A DNA stretch of 64,000 bases from Lobosporangium transversale. Taxonomy: Eukaryota. Made by a program: the position numbers and the translations under genes. This document shows positions 24,921 through 37,326 of the stretch, piece by piece. The notes beneath the pieces were generated by a model, which saw only the letters and a program-made list of their open reading frames with translations, did not search any database and had not been told where the DNA came from. The number at the start of each line of letters is the position of its first letter. Positions within the stretch are counted from its first letter, which is position 1. Where the stretch lies: positions 310,001 to 374,000 of the forward strand of contig NW_019029018.1 in NCBI RefSeq assembly GCF_002105155.1, given 5' to 3'.

Positions 24921-26355
24921 TTAATGAAGCAAATTTATTAATGACTGAATCTGCACGATGGACATGCCTTTTTCAATCCCTGCCTGCATCAACTGCATAG
25001 TCTGTAATTTGATCTCTTTCTCCATCCTTTGTTTTTCAAGCTGATCCTGTTTCTCCATCTTTTGCTTCTCTCGCTCATCCTCTTTCTCCATCCTTTGTTT
25101 TTCAAGTTCAAGTTTCTGGATTTGTCTTTCCAATTTTTGTTTCTCGAGCGTCATTTGCTCTCTAATCTTCATTTCCTCCAGCTCCAGCCTCTTCAATTCT
25201 AGATTTTCTTTGGCTTTAGATGAAAAATATTAGAATACATATCAATTGTATACGTTGATTATAAAAAATAAAATTGCCTCAACTGATTGTTTAGGCCTTA
25301 CCACTAAGTTTTCTGTTGTTGAGAAGCTCAAAAGCTGAGTGGAATGATTTCCTTGGCATCTTCGAAGAACCACTCGGATTTAGTGATGGTCCTTTTCTGC
25401 GTTCTTCTATTCCTTGGGACCACTTCCTGGAGATCGGAGACTGCAATGATTCAATACCGGGCAATTTCCGCTTCCGTTTACTATGCAGCACAGGCGATGA
25501 GGTGGAAGAGATGGAAAGGTCACTTATGTCGTCTATATCAGAATCCTTGTTGTTGTCATCATTGAGGTCAATGCCCTCTCCTTTTGTTCCCAAGTCAGAA
25601 TCAATGCCAGTACTAGAGTTATCATAAAGGCTATCATCAAAGGTGGTATGAACTAGGGTGGTATCTCCAAGAAACTGGCCATCCTCAGTCGCTTCTTGAT
25701 TTCCAATCGGTTTGTTGAAACCTACAGCCTCCTCCTCCTCCTTCCCCTCTTCCTCTTCGACGATCAATCGATGACGTGAAACCTTTTCGATGGCTTCCCT
25801 GCCACTTCCTGAACCATTTTGCAATCCGGTGGTTAATTTGAACAGAGGAGTGATATTTAACCTATGACCAAAGAGAGCATCCATTCTCGCGTAGCAGATG
25901 CACATCTTTTCGAGCTTCTGCTTAGTTGTGTAGATCCCTTTTTTGTGATCCTCGTCAGTCACACCAAATCCTGTCTGGTTTTCCAACTTTTTAGTTTCTG
26001 TAAAAAGCTTAAGATGTCGATGGAAACGCTCGCGCATAGATTTGGTGTTTAGTGAGAGTCTACCTTTGTTTTGCTTCGACACAACTTGTGCCAAAGTTGC
26101 CCAGCCTTGACTGGAGGCCTGTCGAGGCATGCCGAGAACTGTTTGAGCTTCAGAACCAAAAACTGACTTGAAATTTGGGGGACGCTCTAACCATGTCAGA
26201 ATGTTCTCGATATCCTGCTTTGTGAAGCGTTCTTTGGATGCCTTTGCAGTCGAAGTCGACGCTTTGAAAGAGGAATCCGTTGCAGCAAAAACTTGGCCAG
26301 GTTGCTCACCATACTGTGACAAAGTGAGTGACTGCGAGATTTCAGATTGCTTCAT
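24921..26355 (-). CDS. Myb/SANT-like protein with coiled-coil tail, typical of PIF/Harbinger ORF1 (intron 25214-25301)
   Basis: ILTWLE..NF, TGFGVTDED, KLEKMC..YARMDALFGHR motifs. A GT..AG intron joins in frame to the E/K/Q coiled coil. Confidence 0.7.
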
Positions 26356-26659
26356 GATGTACGAATGTGTGAGTGATTGTAATTGTGTGCGCGATTATGT
26401 GTGTGTGTGATCGTGTGGTTATGTGTATGTGCAATTGTGTGATTGTGTAAGTGAGAAAGGTCAGAAGAGTGAAATGTACCAAGGGACATTCAGGAGTCGC
26501 AATGCGTGTCTATGGCCTATTTGGTGGCTGTCTTTTTGCCTATTTATTTGGCCTATTTATTTGGCCAATGTTCCAAATTTCTTTGATCAGTTAAATTGGT
26601 TAAATTGGCTAATTTTTTTTGTGTACAACAAGTAAATCACAATCTTGTGTCCATGGGCG

Positions 26660-27260
26660 CTGATATGAATCTACTCAAAGGTTCACTTCTATTCGCGAGG
26701 ACAAAATTTCTATTGGCTTCACGGATCCATCCCTAGACATGCTTGCGTCAATTTTGAGAATACAATCATTAATATGCTTTGTCAAGGCTTCGTGGCTTTG
26801 AAGTTCTTGACGCCGTACATACCCCTTGACGTTACTGGAGACCATTCGGCCACATTGACATGTGGGGTGTAGAGAGGCAATCGAAGTAAACATGTCCCTT
26901 ACCATTTAAAGTGTCTTTTACATCTTGTGATCTGTGGAAAGGCTGTTATTTATGATGATGACTTTCTGAGTCAGGAAAAGCAGGGATAGGCTTTTCGACC
27001 AAAAAAGCTTGGAAATCCTAGGTGTTAAAGACACCTACACGCACTTCCAAAGCGATAATCTCTCTAGACTGTCGTAAGCTTCTGGTTCATAATGCATAAA
27101 CTTGAGAGTGTAATCCGCTTGTTGGAGAGCATCTCTGGAAACGGCTGAAAACGACACACGGGGTTGATGAAGACTAGCGATAGTAAGACTAGGGTCTTCA
27201 TTAAGCTATTATGTCATCGATGTTGATGAATATCCATGGCGTGCCAAACCGATAGATACC
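26660..27260 (-). pseudogene. IS630/Tc1-mariner (DDE_3) transposase remnant
   Basis: Frameshifted FHRSQDVK..LPLYTPHVNVAEW..NVKGYVRRQEL..GWIRE pattern corresponding to DN..FH and LPPYSP..NPIE. Confidence 0.7.
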
Positions 27261-27630
27261 TGTAGGTTTGTATCAAGAGTACAGCAGTTTGCTAATTAAG
27301 GTTGTCCACTCTATCGCGAAGGTATTGTAAAGTTACGCGACGGAGGACGGATTGAAGCATTTAAAACCAGACAAATGGACTTCGATCAATCCTTTGATGA
27401 CAGTCAGGCCATTTTAGACCCTGAAAGCATGCAATTGGATATTGACGATTATATTGAATTTGAGCTAGAAGGTGTAGACATCTAAAAACGCGATTTATAC
27501 TCCAATAACTTTTATTTCATGAAATCACTTGGTGTAATGTTTCTAAATTCACCTGCACGTCGCGCCCGAGGCTTGATTCGGACTACCACGGGCCTTATTG
27601 ATGGATCTATTTGATTGTCTTTCACACGAT

Positions 27631-29300
27631 CTATGAATCAAAGAGTAGGAGTGATAAAAGTGCTTTGCCTTTTCTCTCTAAATCTTGGTTCACTCCTATC
27701 ACGACACAGCTTAGCTCATTAACCTCCTCGTCATCCAATGGCACCCATTTAGTCAGCTGAATTACTGATTTGAGGGAAATTACTTGGGCAGACCTATTAG
27801 CAAGCAGGTTGACCATCGAGCCCGAAATGACACATTTCACTGTGTTTCGTCTAGACGTTGGTCTATAGCGTTGCTCAATCCAACTTTTTCTCCAGTCCAT
27901 GATGGCTATCAGAACAGTTGCTTTCTTTTCTTCAGACCGAGGATGGGTTCTACTTTTTACGGCACTGGATTGAGGACCATCGATTGATGCATCCCCTGTC
28001 TCGGGACAACATAGATCACAGCAATTAGTAATGGGCTGATGCTCATAGTCAAAAGCTTTACATAGTACTTTTCGCCGGCAGTCCTTTGTTAGGATGAATT
28101 GTTTGAGATTGTCATCTTCGAAACCGCACTCCTTATTTCATCCTCGTTACCCACATCCTCAGAAGCGATTCCCCCTTTTCCTAGCTTAGAAAGTTGATGC
28201 TTGGTTACCGTCAGGATTCCGAAACCTCGAATACTCGAATCTCTAGCAGCTCGACCGAAGCGCTGTACAAGTGTTGAAATATTATTGGGGCATCCAAACT
28301 GACCTATGCGAACAATGTCTCTAATGCCACAGCCCATCCCCGCAGCCTCTACTGCCATCATAATCTTTGCATCTCCAGACTTGAACCTTTCCATCGCCCT
28401 CCTCTTAAAATCCTCTGCCTTGATTTCATGGTAAACGACAATCTCATCTCTTTGATCAGGAGCAGATAGATTTCGCAAATGGTTTACAGCTTGCTCGGCA
28501 TTATTACGGCTATTAAAGTACACGATTGTTTTGACAGAGTCTCTGATGAAATCTAGACTGCTATATCCCGAGCTAGACTCCACAACCTTGATGCTGTACC
28601 GGATATTGACACGATCATTCCTTAAATTAATTGTTTTGACGTCCTCCTTGTAATGGAACCTTTCCTTGATAACCTTCAGATACTGTTAGGGAGAGTCGCG
28701 GATAATGCAATAAAAGGGATAGACAACGGGATACTGGAATGCAGACCATCTAGTTTACTGTAGTCCTGCCTGAAGTCTTTTCCCCAAGTGCAGATGCAAT
28801 GTACTTCATCTATCACAACCGCTAGGACTCGACTGTTCCACTTCGCATTCTTCTACAAGTCCGAAATCCGGTCAGAAAGGAGCGCCTCTGGTGAGATAAA
28901 CAGAGCTTGGTAGTTCCCGTCGATAACATTTTTAATGTTGAAGGATCCAGGGTAAAGCCACTTTTTGATAAAAAGGCTTTTAATGCCTTTTTATTTAGTT
29001 TTTTGACCTGTGTAACTTCAAGTGCTGCTAAAGGGGTGATGACAATAATGATGGTATTTGGTCAGAGGACCAAAGGAAGTGTGTATATAAGGATATAGTC
29101 TTGCCGATTCCCGATGTTGGACGACATCCATCTGCTCCTCTTTGGGGTATACGTCAACTTTCTGATAGCAGAGCTCAGAAGCATATCAGGGACACTAAAT
29201 GTTAGTGACTGTTTTATGTGCTATTGTTGTTCAAGGAAAACTTTTGTTCTAGCACACTTGCTGAATGTGGATTGTCTTCCAAGATTCGTGAACCCATTAT
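27631..29300 (-). pseudogene. RecQ-like SF2 helicase, degraded
   Basis: KTIVYFNSR, AVEAAGMGCGIRDI, VQRFGRAARD. Upstream VVIDEVHCICTWGKDFRQDY near 28760-28820. Stops and frameshifts. Confidence 0.8.
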
Positions 29301-31071
29301 AGCAGAATCGGTGAGAATTTTAAAGAGAATTGCTTGAAGTGTAGAAAGAGAAAGAGAAAGAGAAATAAAGAGAGAAATAAAGAGAGAAATAAAGAGAGAG
29401 AAATAAAGGGAGAGAAATAAAGGGAGAGAGAAAGAGAAATAAAGAGAGAGAAAAAAAGTCGCAGAGTGCTGAATTACAACTTTATTTTAAAATTTAGGCC
29501 AGTGTTTTGTGCTGATGTTAAATAAACTGGTTGTGACACACAAAATTTACCCATCGGTTTTGCAAGTAAAACTGGTGTTACTTGTTACTTACCGATTTCT
29601 TACCTCTGCAAATAGTTTACTCTAAAATAGTAACCTCTTTGGCTCTTTTTTTTCACCCTTGTCAACTCATAAATCCTCTACTTATTTCTACTTGTACAAT
29701 AATGCCAACGATGATACGTGACTTGACGCTTTGCAGACAGGATGACACTGAGTCTAACCGAGATTAACAAGCATCCTCTTAAATAGCCGTTAACAGTAAA
29801 CTCCTGAATTGAGACCAGCCTGTAGGTTCGGTACCGTCTTGTCTGCAAAGGATCCCTGGCTGAGAATTCCCAATATCTCAACATTTTCGCCATTTCTCGC
29901 TCCAAATCAGGTAAACGTAAAGCTTGATACTGCTGCCGTTTACTGGTCTCTCTTTTAGAGAGATCCCTACCGATTATACGTCTACTGCTTAATAAAATTG
30001 TATTTGATAAGTATCTAACCAACAAAAAGCTCAATAACGGCATCATGGAGACCTCAAATCATCGTCCATGTGACTTTTTCTATTTATCTCGATAAACACT
30101 GAGAGGAGCCCTTTCATTCCTTTTTTATCTGGTACATACTGTCATCTTCTATTACATGTAGCATGGGCATGGTGCCATCTTCCCGAGAAGGATAGGTATA
30201 ACATTCACTTTAATAGAGTCAGTGATGAACCTCTCAAAAAAAAAAAAAAAAAAAAAAGGGGGCGGCGGCATGAGAATTTGCGGTATTAAAAATGTCGACG
30301 ACAAAATTCAATTTGACGGGGAGGTGCACTTTCCTTTATTCTTTTAAGGCTGGAATCAAGCCTAATGCAACAATCGTAATAAATGGCAGTGATTGATCTA
30401 TAAGTGAGCATGGTTTTATACTTTCAATGGACGTTATCAAGTCAAAGATAATGAATATACCTTCCCCATATTTCATTTGTCCAATCGCTATCTTACTGGC
30501 CTTGATCACCTGTTAGCTTCCTACAAATGTGCTCTTTTATTATTATTAATATTATTGTTATTGTTGCTGTTGTTGTCGTTGTTTTCCTTTGAGTAAGAAG
30601 TGAAGAATTGAGCATGAAGCCAAGGTGTTGATCTGATCAGATCGCTTTGAGAGAGCGCTACGCGCGTGTAACTGAATATATCTTTATAGTTTCCTTTCAA
30701 TTAGATGTAGTGAAAAGACATGTGCCTATTATGCCCATTACTGGAATTTGAATAAATAAATCATTGAAGTAAACTGCTCACATCGCTGAGATCGAGACCA
30801 TTCTTTCAGGAATAAAGAAATGTAGTTGTCAAATATAGTAGTTTTACTGCTTTTGAAGGGTAGCGCTATGGTTTCACTATAAGCAGTGGCAGGAAATTGG
30901 AGTTGAATGCCCTGTGAATCTAGTCAAAGGCGAGGTACATTGCTGTTTGATTTGAATAGAGTTATGAAGGACACGACACGGGCAATAACAATCCGCCGGG
31001 AGTTTTTTTTTTTTTCATTGAAAACAAAAGAAAAAAAAAATATGAGTATGAAGGCCTCACACCGGTCTAGT

Positions 31072-31332
31072 CTACCCATGTATTCTCTTGCATTGATCCG
31101 ATCCAAGCAGGTCTTGCTTGCAGCCATGCTTGCAAATTGCTAATTGACAAGCCGTGGAGCCATAAATGCCATTGCATTGATAGAGGATGTAGGGTACGCA
31201 TCCACTGAGCAAAAGAGATTGACCGCAGTATGTTCCAGCCTTTCTAGTTTTACAGAGGCAGGCGGCATCGCTGGAAGACATGAAAAAGAGAGCAGCCGAG
31301 GCGATGATAAGGCAAACCTGGGCGATCTTCAT
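31072..31332 (-). CDS. Small secreted Cys-rich protein (86 aa)
   Basis: Signal peptide MKIAQVCLIIASAALFFMSSSDA. Mature part has 9 Cys in a GTYCG..GC..LYQC..C..GC..DQC pattern. Confidence 0.8.
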   Translation of the reverse strand: MKIAQVCLIIASAALFFMSSSDAACLCKTRKAGTYCGQSLLLSGCVPYILYQCNGIYGSTACQLAICKHGCKQDLLGSDQCKRIHG

Positions 31333-31449
31333 TTTTTTTTTTTTTTTTTTTTTGTAGAAGATGAGCAGATGTTTGTAAACTTGTGGGTGAGTTGAGGACC
31401 TGGGTGGAAAGATTGGATTCCAGCCTTTTTATTAGAGAAAAAGCTAGTG

Positions 31450-31483
<34 letters not shown>

Positions 31484-34400
31484 AGGATCATCGTTACTGT
31501 ATATTTCTTTGCATCTTTGCACTAGTGGGATACCAAAGTAGTAAAAATCAAACAACAACGCATGCCAATTGATATCATGCTCATTAATGTACGAATAAAT
31601 TATTAAATATGGAGGCATTGCTAAGGTTTACATCAAATTTGGGCCGTGCTGACACCTCACCAACCTGTTGCCGGTCCTCTCTTGGTAACAGAGGTCTGGG
31701 CTGGTTTGCTTTTGGATAGACTAGACTACAGTTTTTTTACTTGGCAAGATTTTACTTGGGTTTAATCCAGTGGAGAGTAAGCTTAGATTCGACGTCGTGA
31801 GATTTGCAAAGATAATAAAATGCAAGAGAGGACGCGAGTAGGCCGTGCTTAATAGAAGGGGAACGTAATGTGTATTGATAAAAAAAACGGTAGTTACTTT
31901 TTTTTTTAGGCTTTCCGTAAACTGAAGACCAATGAACCGTCTACTCCTGATCTCAGCACCATCGGGTGCAGTATCTGTACTCTATGCAGCGGCAGACATG
32001 AAACTGGAAGCAATCTCTACTCAAACAAAATGGCCAGCTTTGACTTTACAAATCTATAGACCAACGGTTATAGAACATTGCATATATAAACTCACCTTCT
32101 CGCTGTCGTTGCTTCAGCATGCCTTCCGCGCCTGGGGAACTCTAAAGACCTCCCCAAATACTTCAAGCCCCTCAGTGGGCTTGGCTATGCTAGTTATTTG
32201 CTTTCTTTTTTTATTGAAAGACATGAGTGGGTAATATAATGAAGGGAGGATTGAACATTGTCTTCAAGAGCGGGCGTTGTAGGTTGCACGTGTCGTCTAC
32301 CACTCTTTTTTTTTGAGATCCCCGAACTTAAAAATTCATTTTATCTCCAACCTCTTTCTTCCAGTACTGTTTTTTTTTTTTTTTTTTTTTAATACAAACC
32401 CCCCTCCCCCCCCATCATGCCCCAGACACTTAAATATCGAGAATAAAGGTGTCATCGCTGGAATGCAGCCTCGTGAGTATGAATGGTCCCCATGGAGATC
32501 GTGTTAGCCAAGGGCAGTGTAGCTCAGATCCACCGTCTAAAATATTATCAAGGTTGTATATGCATCGAGAAAAGTAGCTAACCACAGCCAAAGCCAGGCC
32601 CCCCGAACTTCTGAGTGGACAGGGGGCATCAGAAGGGCCCTACATCATACCAGGTGGGGAGAAGCATGAGGAACACGCTTGAAAATTATCACCACTCAAT
32701 CACCGAATGAAAAATAAGTAAGTAAGAAAACAGTTACGGAGGCACTTTTATGTATGTAATATATATTTTATTTTATTTTATCCCGCCAGGTGTTTTCAGC
32801 TGGCTTGAAGTAAAATAAAGGATATATACTTAAATGAAGAAGAGAATGACATTCTTTTACAGACTCTAAAATGAAGCGATGGAGTGAGCTCACCTGAAAA
32901 CGAGTACAAACCAGAGTCGGATACCGGATATAACGGTGGAAAATCATGAAACAAAAAAGATATTGGTTATGCTACCCAAACACGGATTCTCACGACTTTG
33001 GTAGCTTCAGAGCAAAAGCTCGGTTTGTCTGGTCCAATGTAAGGTCATTTTAAGCTTTCCGACCTTATTTTCTCAAGCATCAAAGACTTTTTTTTTTTTT
33101 CTTTTTTTCTTTTTTTCTTTTTCATTAACTCGAGTATCTTTCTATGAACTGATAGCATTGCTTGAAGCAAAGACCAAGAAAAAAAGAATGCTGGACTGCA
33201 GCGATATCCTCGATCTGTTAGGGTCGATTTTACAAAGAAGGGTCGTCTGATTTTAAACTGATGGCAATCAAATAAACTTGAAAAAAGTGATAATTTGATT
33301 TAGTCCGCATCTGTAGTACAAATCGAATGGTTGCCTGTATAGTCCTGCGCTATGAGGGACAAAATATTGAGTATTTGTCAAGTTTTTCTGTATATCTAAG
33401 GCTCTGATCGGCTTAGAGCACATTCCGATTTAAATTTTCATACTTTCTATTCAATGACTCCAGCCTATCAGCTTTCACCCACATCGATACACGTACAGTA
33501 TAAATATCTTTTGGCAGAGAACGCCCTCATTTTGACATAAATCTATGAAAAGGAACTTCTGGCAAATATACAAATATACCGAGCTTTTTTAGGCACCTTG
33601 GTGATAGAGAAATAACTAATGGCGCCAAATATTGGCATAGTGACAACGCACTGGGTTGTGGAATAAGTGGTGACTTGGTGGCCAATTTTCACTTCACTCT
33701 TTTTGCGCTTCAAGGGAAGAGTCCGTCCAGCATCCACCCAGATGTAAAAAAATTATCAATAATCTGGCTAATGACCAAGAAGCAATGTTGCTTTTTGAGT
33801 CGGATCTTCCTACCAAAAACCGAAGCAGAATTCAGCAAACGTCGGGTTGTTCAACCACAAATAAGGAGCGTAAGCTGGGTTTGGACTGTCGTGACACAAA
33901 TAGTTTTATTGCAAGAGGAAGTGAGGTAATTGAGCTAAGCACAGGAGGAGCCGTTCATTCAGATTGAAAATTGGCCCAGCTCGAGCAAGTAGTCGCCCGA
34001 AGTAATCTGTTGTATTATCATTGAACGTTTCTAAGTCGCAAGCTGCACCAGAACGCGGCGATTACCGCCTTATCGGGTTTTAAAGCTGGAACTGCCTGCC
34101 ATGACAATTATGCAATTCATGTCTTGTTATCCCAGATGTGGGCGGGTATTTCTATAGTTCCATAGTCGACAGAAAATAAAAATCAAATGCTACGGAGCCA
34201 CATTGGAGAGTGATTCATTTCGCTTGAAAGTGGTGTGCAAGAAAAGGACAATATTCACTGGTACGCCAGAGCCCAGACACTGGTGAACTTAACTGATGTG
34301 CTTTGGATACCGCTGGTGTACATGTCCTTAGTAATTTTTTTCTAGTCCCCCGGCGGTATATCGCACAAGAAACCATCAATGGTTGTTTTTGTCCAACTAT

Positions 34401-35284
34401 AATAATGGCATGTATACATATACTTTAAACTCCAGAATGGTGCGGGCCAATTTCTGCTGTGCGAAACGCCCAGAAATCTTGATATAAAGTTGAACGAGTG
34501 CCAAGGACTGACAGGATAACTGCAAGGAAAGGTAAGTAGTGGAAAAACAAGGATAGTAATGAGTCTAAGAACTAGAATAGGCTCAAGAATAGTTTTATTG
34601 CAGACTGAAGTTTTCTATATTACAAGTCTGCGATATTTATACCCAACGCCTGGAGCGGAGACGCGTTCCATGAATGACTTTTACCAAATACAAAACTCCA
34701 AGTGCTAAGTTAACTTAATACAAGGGATCCGAGGAAGATATCTGGTGCAATCTTATTTCAAGGCTCCTTGGCACCGTAGGTCCTGGTCATTGGTCTATAG
34801 CTCTTCCAGAATTCTAAAAGTTATTCACGGAACTAGAAACTAGGAGACGCGACTTGGCTTGACAAACAAAGCTTTGCATGAGAGGAATGATGGAACAATT
34901 ATCACACACGTGATCTTTTCTGACTCTGAATGCATTTTAGGCCAGTGTGGCTTATGAGCAACACACTAACCAGACGCCGCATTTAGTTTGAACTGAACAG
35001 AAACAAGGTAATAGATATAATTTGAAAGGATATGACAATGCCCTTTGGGATGGATTGTGACATTCTCTTTCAAAGCTTTCCCGATTACTTGAATAGGTCC
35101 AGATTTATATAAGCACGATCTATGGACCAAGTTGGTTGTGGTCATGAGTGAATCGCATATTCCCAGTACTCTTTTTTTTGCCTACTTACTACGTCGTGTT
35201 TCGTCGTTCGACTATACATCGTGCTGCCGAGCAATGGCCAGTCTTTACCCAAGCAAACCCCAAGTACAACGAGTTTCCCGAGCC

Positions 35285-35630
35285 AATTGAACTAAAGCTT
35301 ACTGTATTGTCGAAGCAAGAATCGATATTCCTTCCAGTAGACATCAATTCCAACTAAATCATTGCCAGTCTCAAGAAGACCATCAAGAAAAAAACGCCCC
35401 AGATCTCGATCTTATTCTCGCACACAGGCTTTCCCTCTCGAAAGTTTCCATCCTCAATGCCTCAATGAAGAAACATTCACGTTAAAGATGTAGACAAAGC
35501 TCCAATAAATCAGTAGCTGTACCAAACTATGAGATGAAACCACTCAAGCCATCCATCTATGAAGATGTTAACGTCCGGCGCTACAAAATTAAAAGAAACA
35601 ATCATCCATGTCCTTGTCGAAAAGCCGTAA
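35285..35630 (+). pseudogene. Crinkler N-terminal ubiquitin-like header domain remnant
   Basis: LKLTVL..FLPVDINSN*IIASLKKTIK...ending IIHVLVEKP* (HVLVxxP motif at 35607). Contains stops and frameshifts. Confidence 0.65.
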
Positions 35631-36372
35631 TGAGACATGTCTTCGGGCTCTTGATGATTCAAAGCTTCAAAAAGTTGGTCCTTAATGCCAGTCAAGCTAA
35701 TGTGTAATGCATAGAATCTGCCTCCTTCGCTAAAGAGTTGACAGCCCTCGCTCTTGTTACAATAGGTTGTCCTTTGCATCAATAAGGATGGTTGATATTG
35801 ACCTTTCTTGTGGCACTGAATGCTGCTTTTGAGATTGACTATCGTAGCTCTCTTCTTGAGATGGCTGATGATCGTGCCAATTCAAATGAATCCAGCCAAT
35901 GAACGTTGCAGAACATATATAAAATCCACTTTTTTGCAAAAGAGTGAGAGAGGAGTGTACATTCTTTGGAAATACTTAGTTTATCATGACGTCTAATAAC
36001 GATTTCGGTTTCAGTTTTGAAGAGGAGAAATACAACTACATGAGCGATGTTGAAGCAGGAGAAAGACAACAACATCTACTATTCTGAAGAGGAGGAAGAA
36101 AACAGCATCAGCTATAATAAGGAGGATGAAGAAAACAATATCAGTTATAATGAAGAGGGGGAAGACTACGGAGATAATCTATACTAGACGGGCGACCCGT
36201 GGCTTCGCTCACGGTCGCTCCAGTCTAGGCTTTGCCTCGTGAGGCTCATTATCACAGCGGGAGCCGACCTATAATGTGTCACTTCTTTTCTTTATTAATT
36301 CGCCGAAAATCCATAGTCACTAAATAAAAATAAACAATTTTTTTTTTTTTTTTTTTTTTTTGCTACAAAACT

Positions 36373-37326
36373 ATGGTGCCACAAAGATTGATCAGCATCT
36401 TCTTTTCTTTCGCCCTTCCGGAACACATCCACTGGCATACTTTAGAAGTTCCACTAATGAGTGATATTGATATTGAAAACAACGATGACCGCAACATCGA
36501 TAGTTCCATTAACATCCATGACCTCCTGGTTCCTGAACCCCAGGCATATAACTTTATTCCAAACAAAGCCATTCTCGAACTTTTCCCAAATTTTGACAGA
36601 AAAGATTTCTTTGTCCCTGATCCAGAGAAAAAAGATCAGTATGAGGACCTTCGGGACACATTACAAACAACCATCGGCTCTTACCCCAAAAACAAGCTTC
36701 AGAAGTATTCTGCACCACCTATTACCGACCTACCATGGCCCGACAGTGCCAAGTTACGGCAGCAGTTCGACTCTGATCTGGCGTCCATTCAATCCAAGCT
36801 GGCTATCCATACGCGCCCCTTGGACAAGTATGTCTTGGATGCCATGCAAGACGACAGTCGCTCCGACGAGTCCACGCTATCAGCCATTGAGGGAGTTTCC
36901 GATCTCATCGAGCATATCAAGCAGATTAGCCATTACATCCACGACCTCCGAGTGCAGAACCTTGAGAGAGCTCATGGTCTACAGCTGCTTACCAGGAAAA
37001 GCAATGCCAAGACACCGGCTGTGGACTCCCAATCCCTTTTGGAGAAAAAGAAGCTTCTGTTATCCATCAAACGAAACCTGTATTCCAACAGCACAGGACG
37101 CGGTTCGAACAGGAACAGGCATGATCGAAACAATAATTTCCCTAGAAATAGCGCTCAGAGCAGCTATTCTAATCAAGGTCAGAGCAATCAGTCGCAGAGC
37201 CAGCCTGATAGCAACAACAACATCAGTGGCGGTAACCGGCATTTTTACAATGCCCGAGGCAACTCCAACAGGGGTCGCGAACGGGGTCGCGGCCGAGGGC
37301 ATCAACAAACGACCGACCACCAGTAG
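36373..37326 (+). CDS. DIRS ORF1 gag-like protein (start may be 36457)
   Basis: First ORF of the element, with an N/R/G-rich basic C-terminus. Confidence 0.85.
   Translation: MVPQRLISIFFSFALPEHIHWHTLEVPLMSDIDIENNDDRNIDSSINIHDLLVPEPQAYNFIPNKAILELFPNFDRKDFFVPDPEKKDQYEDLRDTLQTTIGSYPKNKLQKYSAPPITDLPWPDSAKLRQQFDSDLASIQSKLAIHTRPLDKYVLDAMQDDSRSDESTLSAIEGVSDLIEHIKQISHYIHDLRVQNLERAHGLQLLTRKSNAKTPAVDSQSLLEKKKLLLSIKRNLYSNSTGRGSNRNRHDRNNNFPRNSAQSSYSNQGQSNQSQSQPDSNNNISGGNRHFYNARGNSNRGRERGRGRGHQQTTDHQ

Noticed and set aside
32510..32540. tRNA-like start GGGCAGTGTAGCTCAG
   Set aside because: No T-arm/B box or cloverleaf follows.
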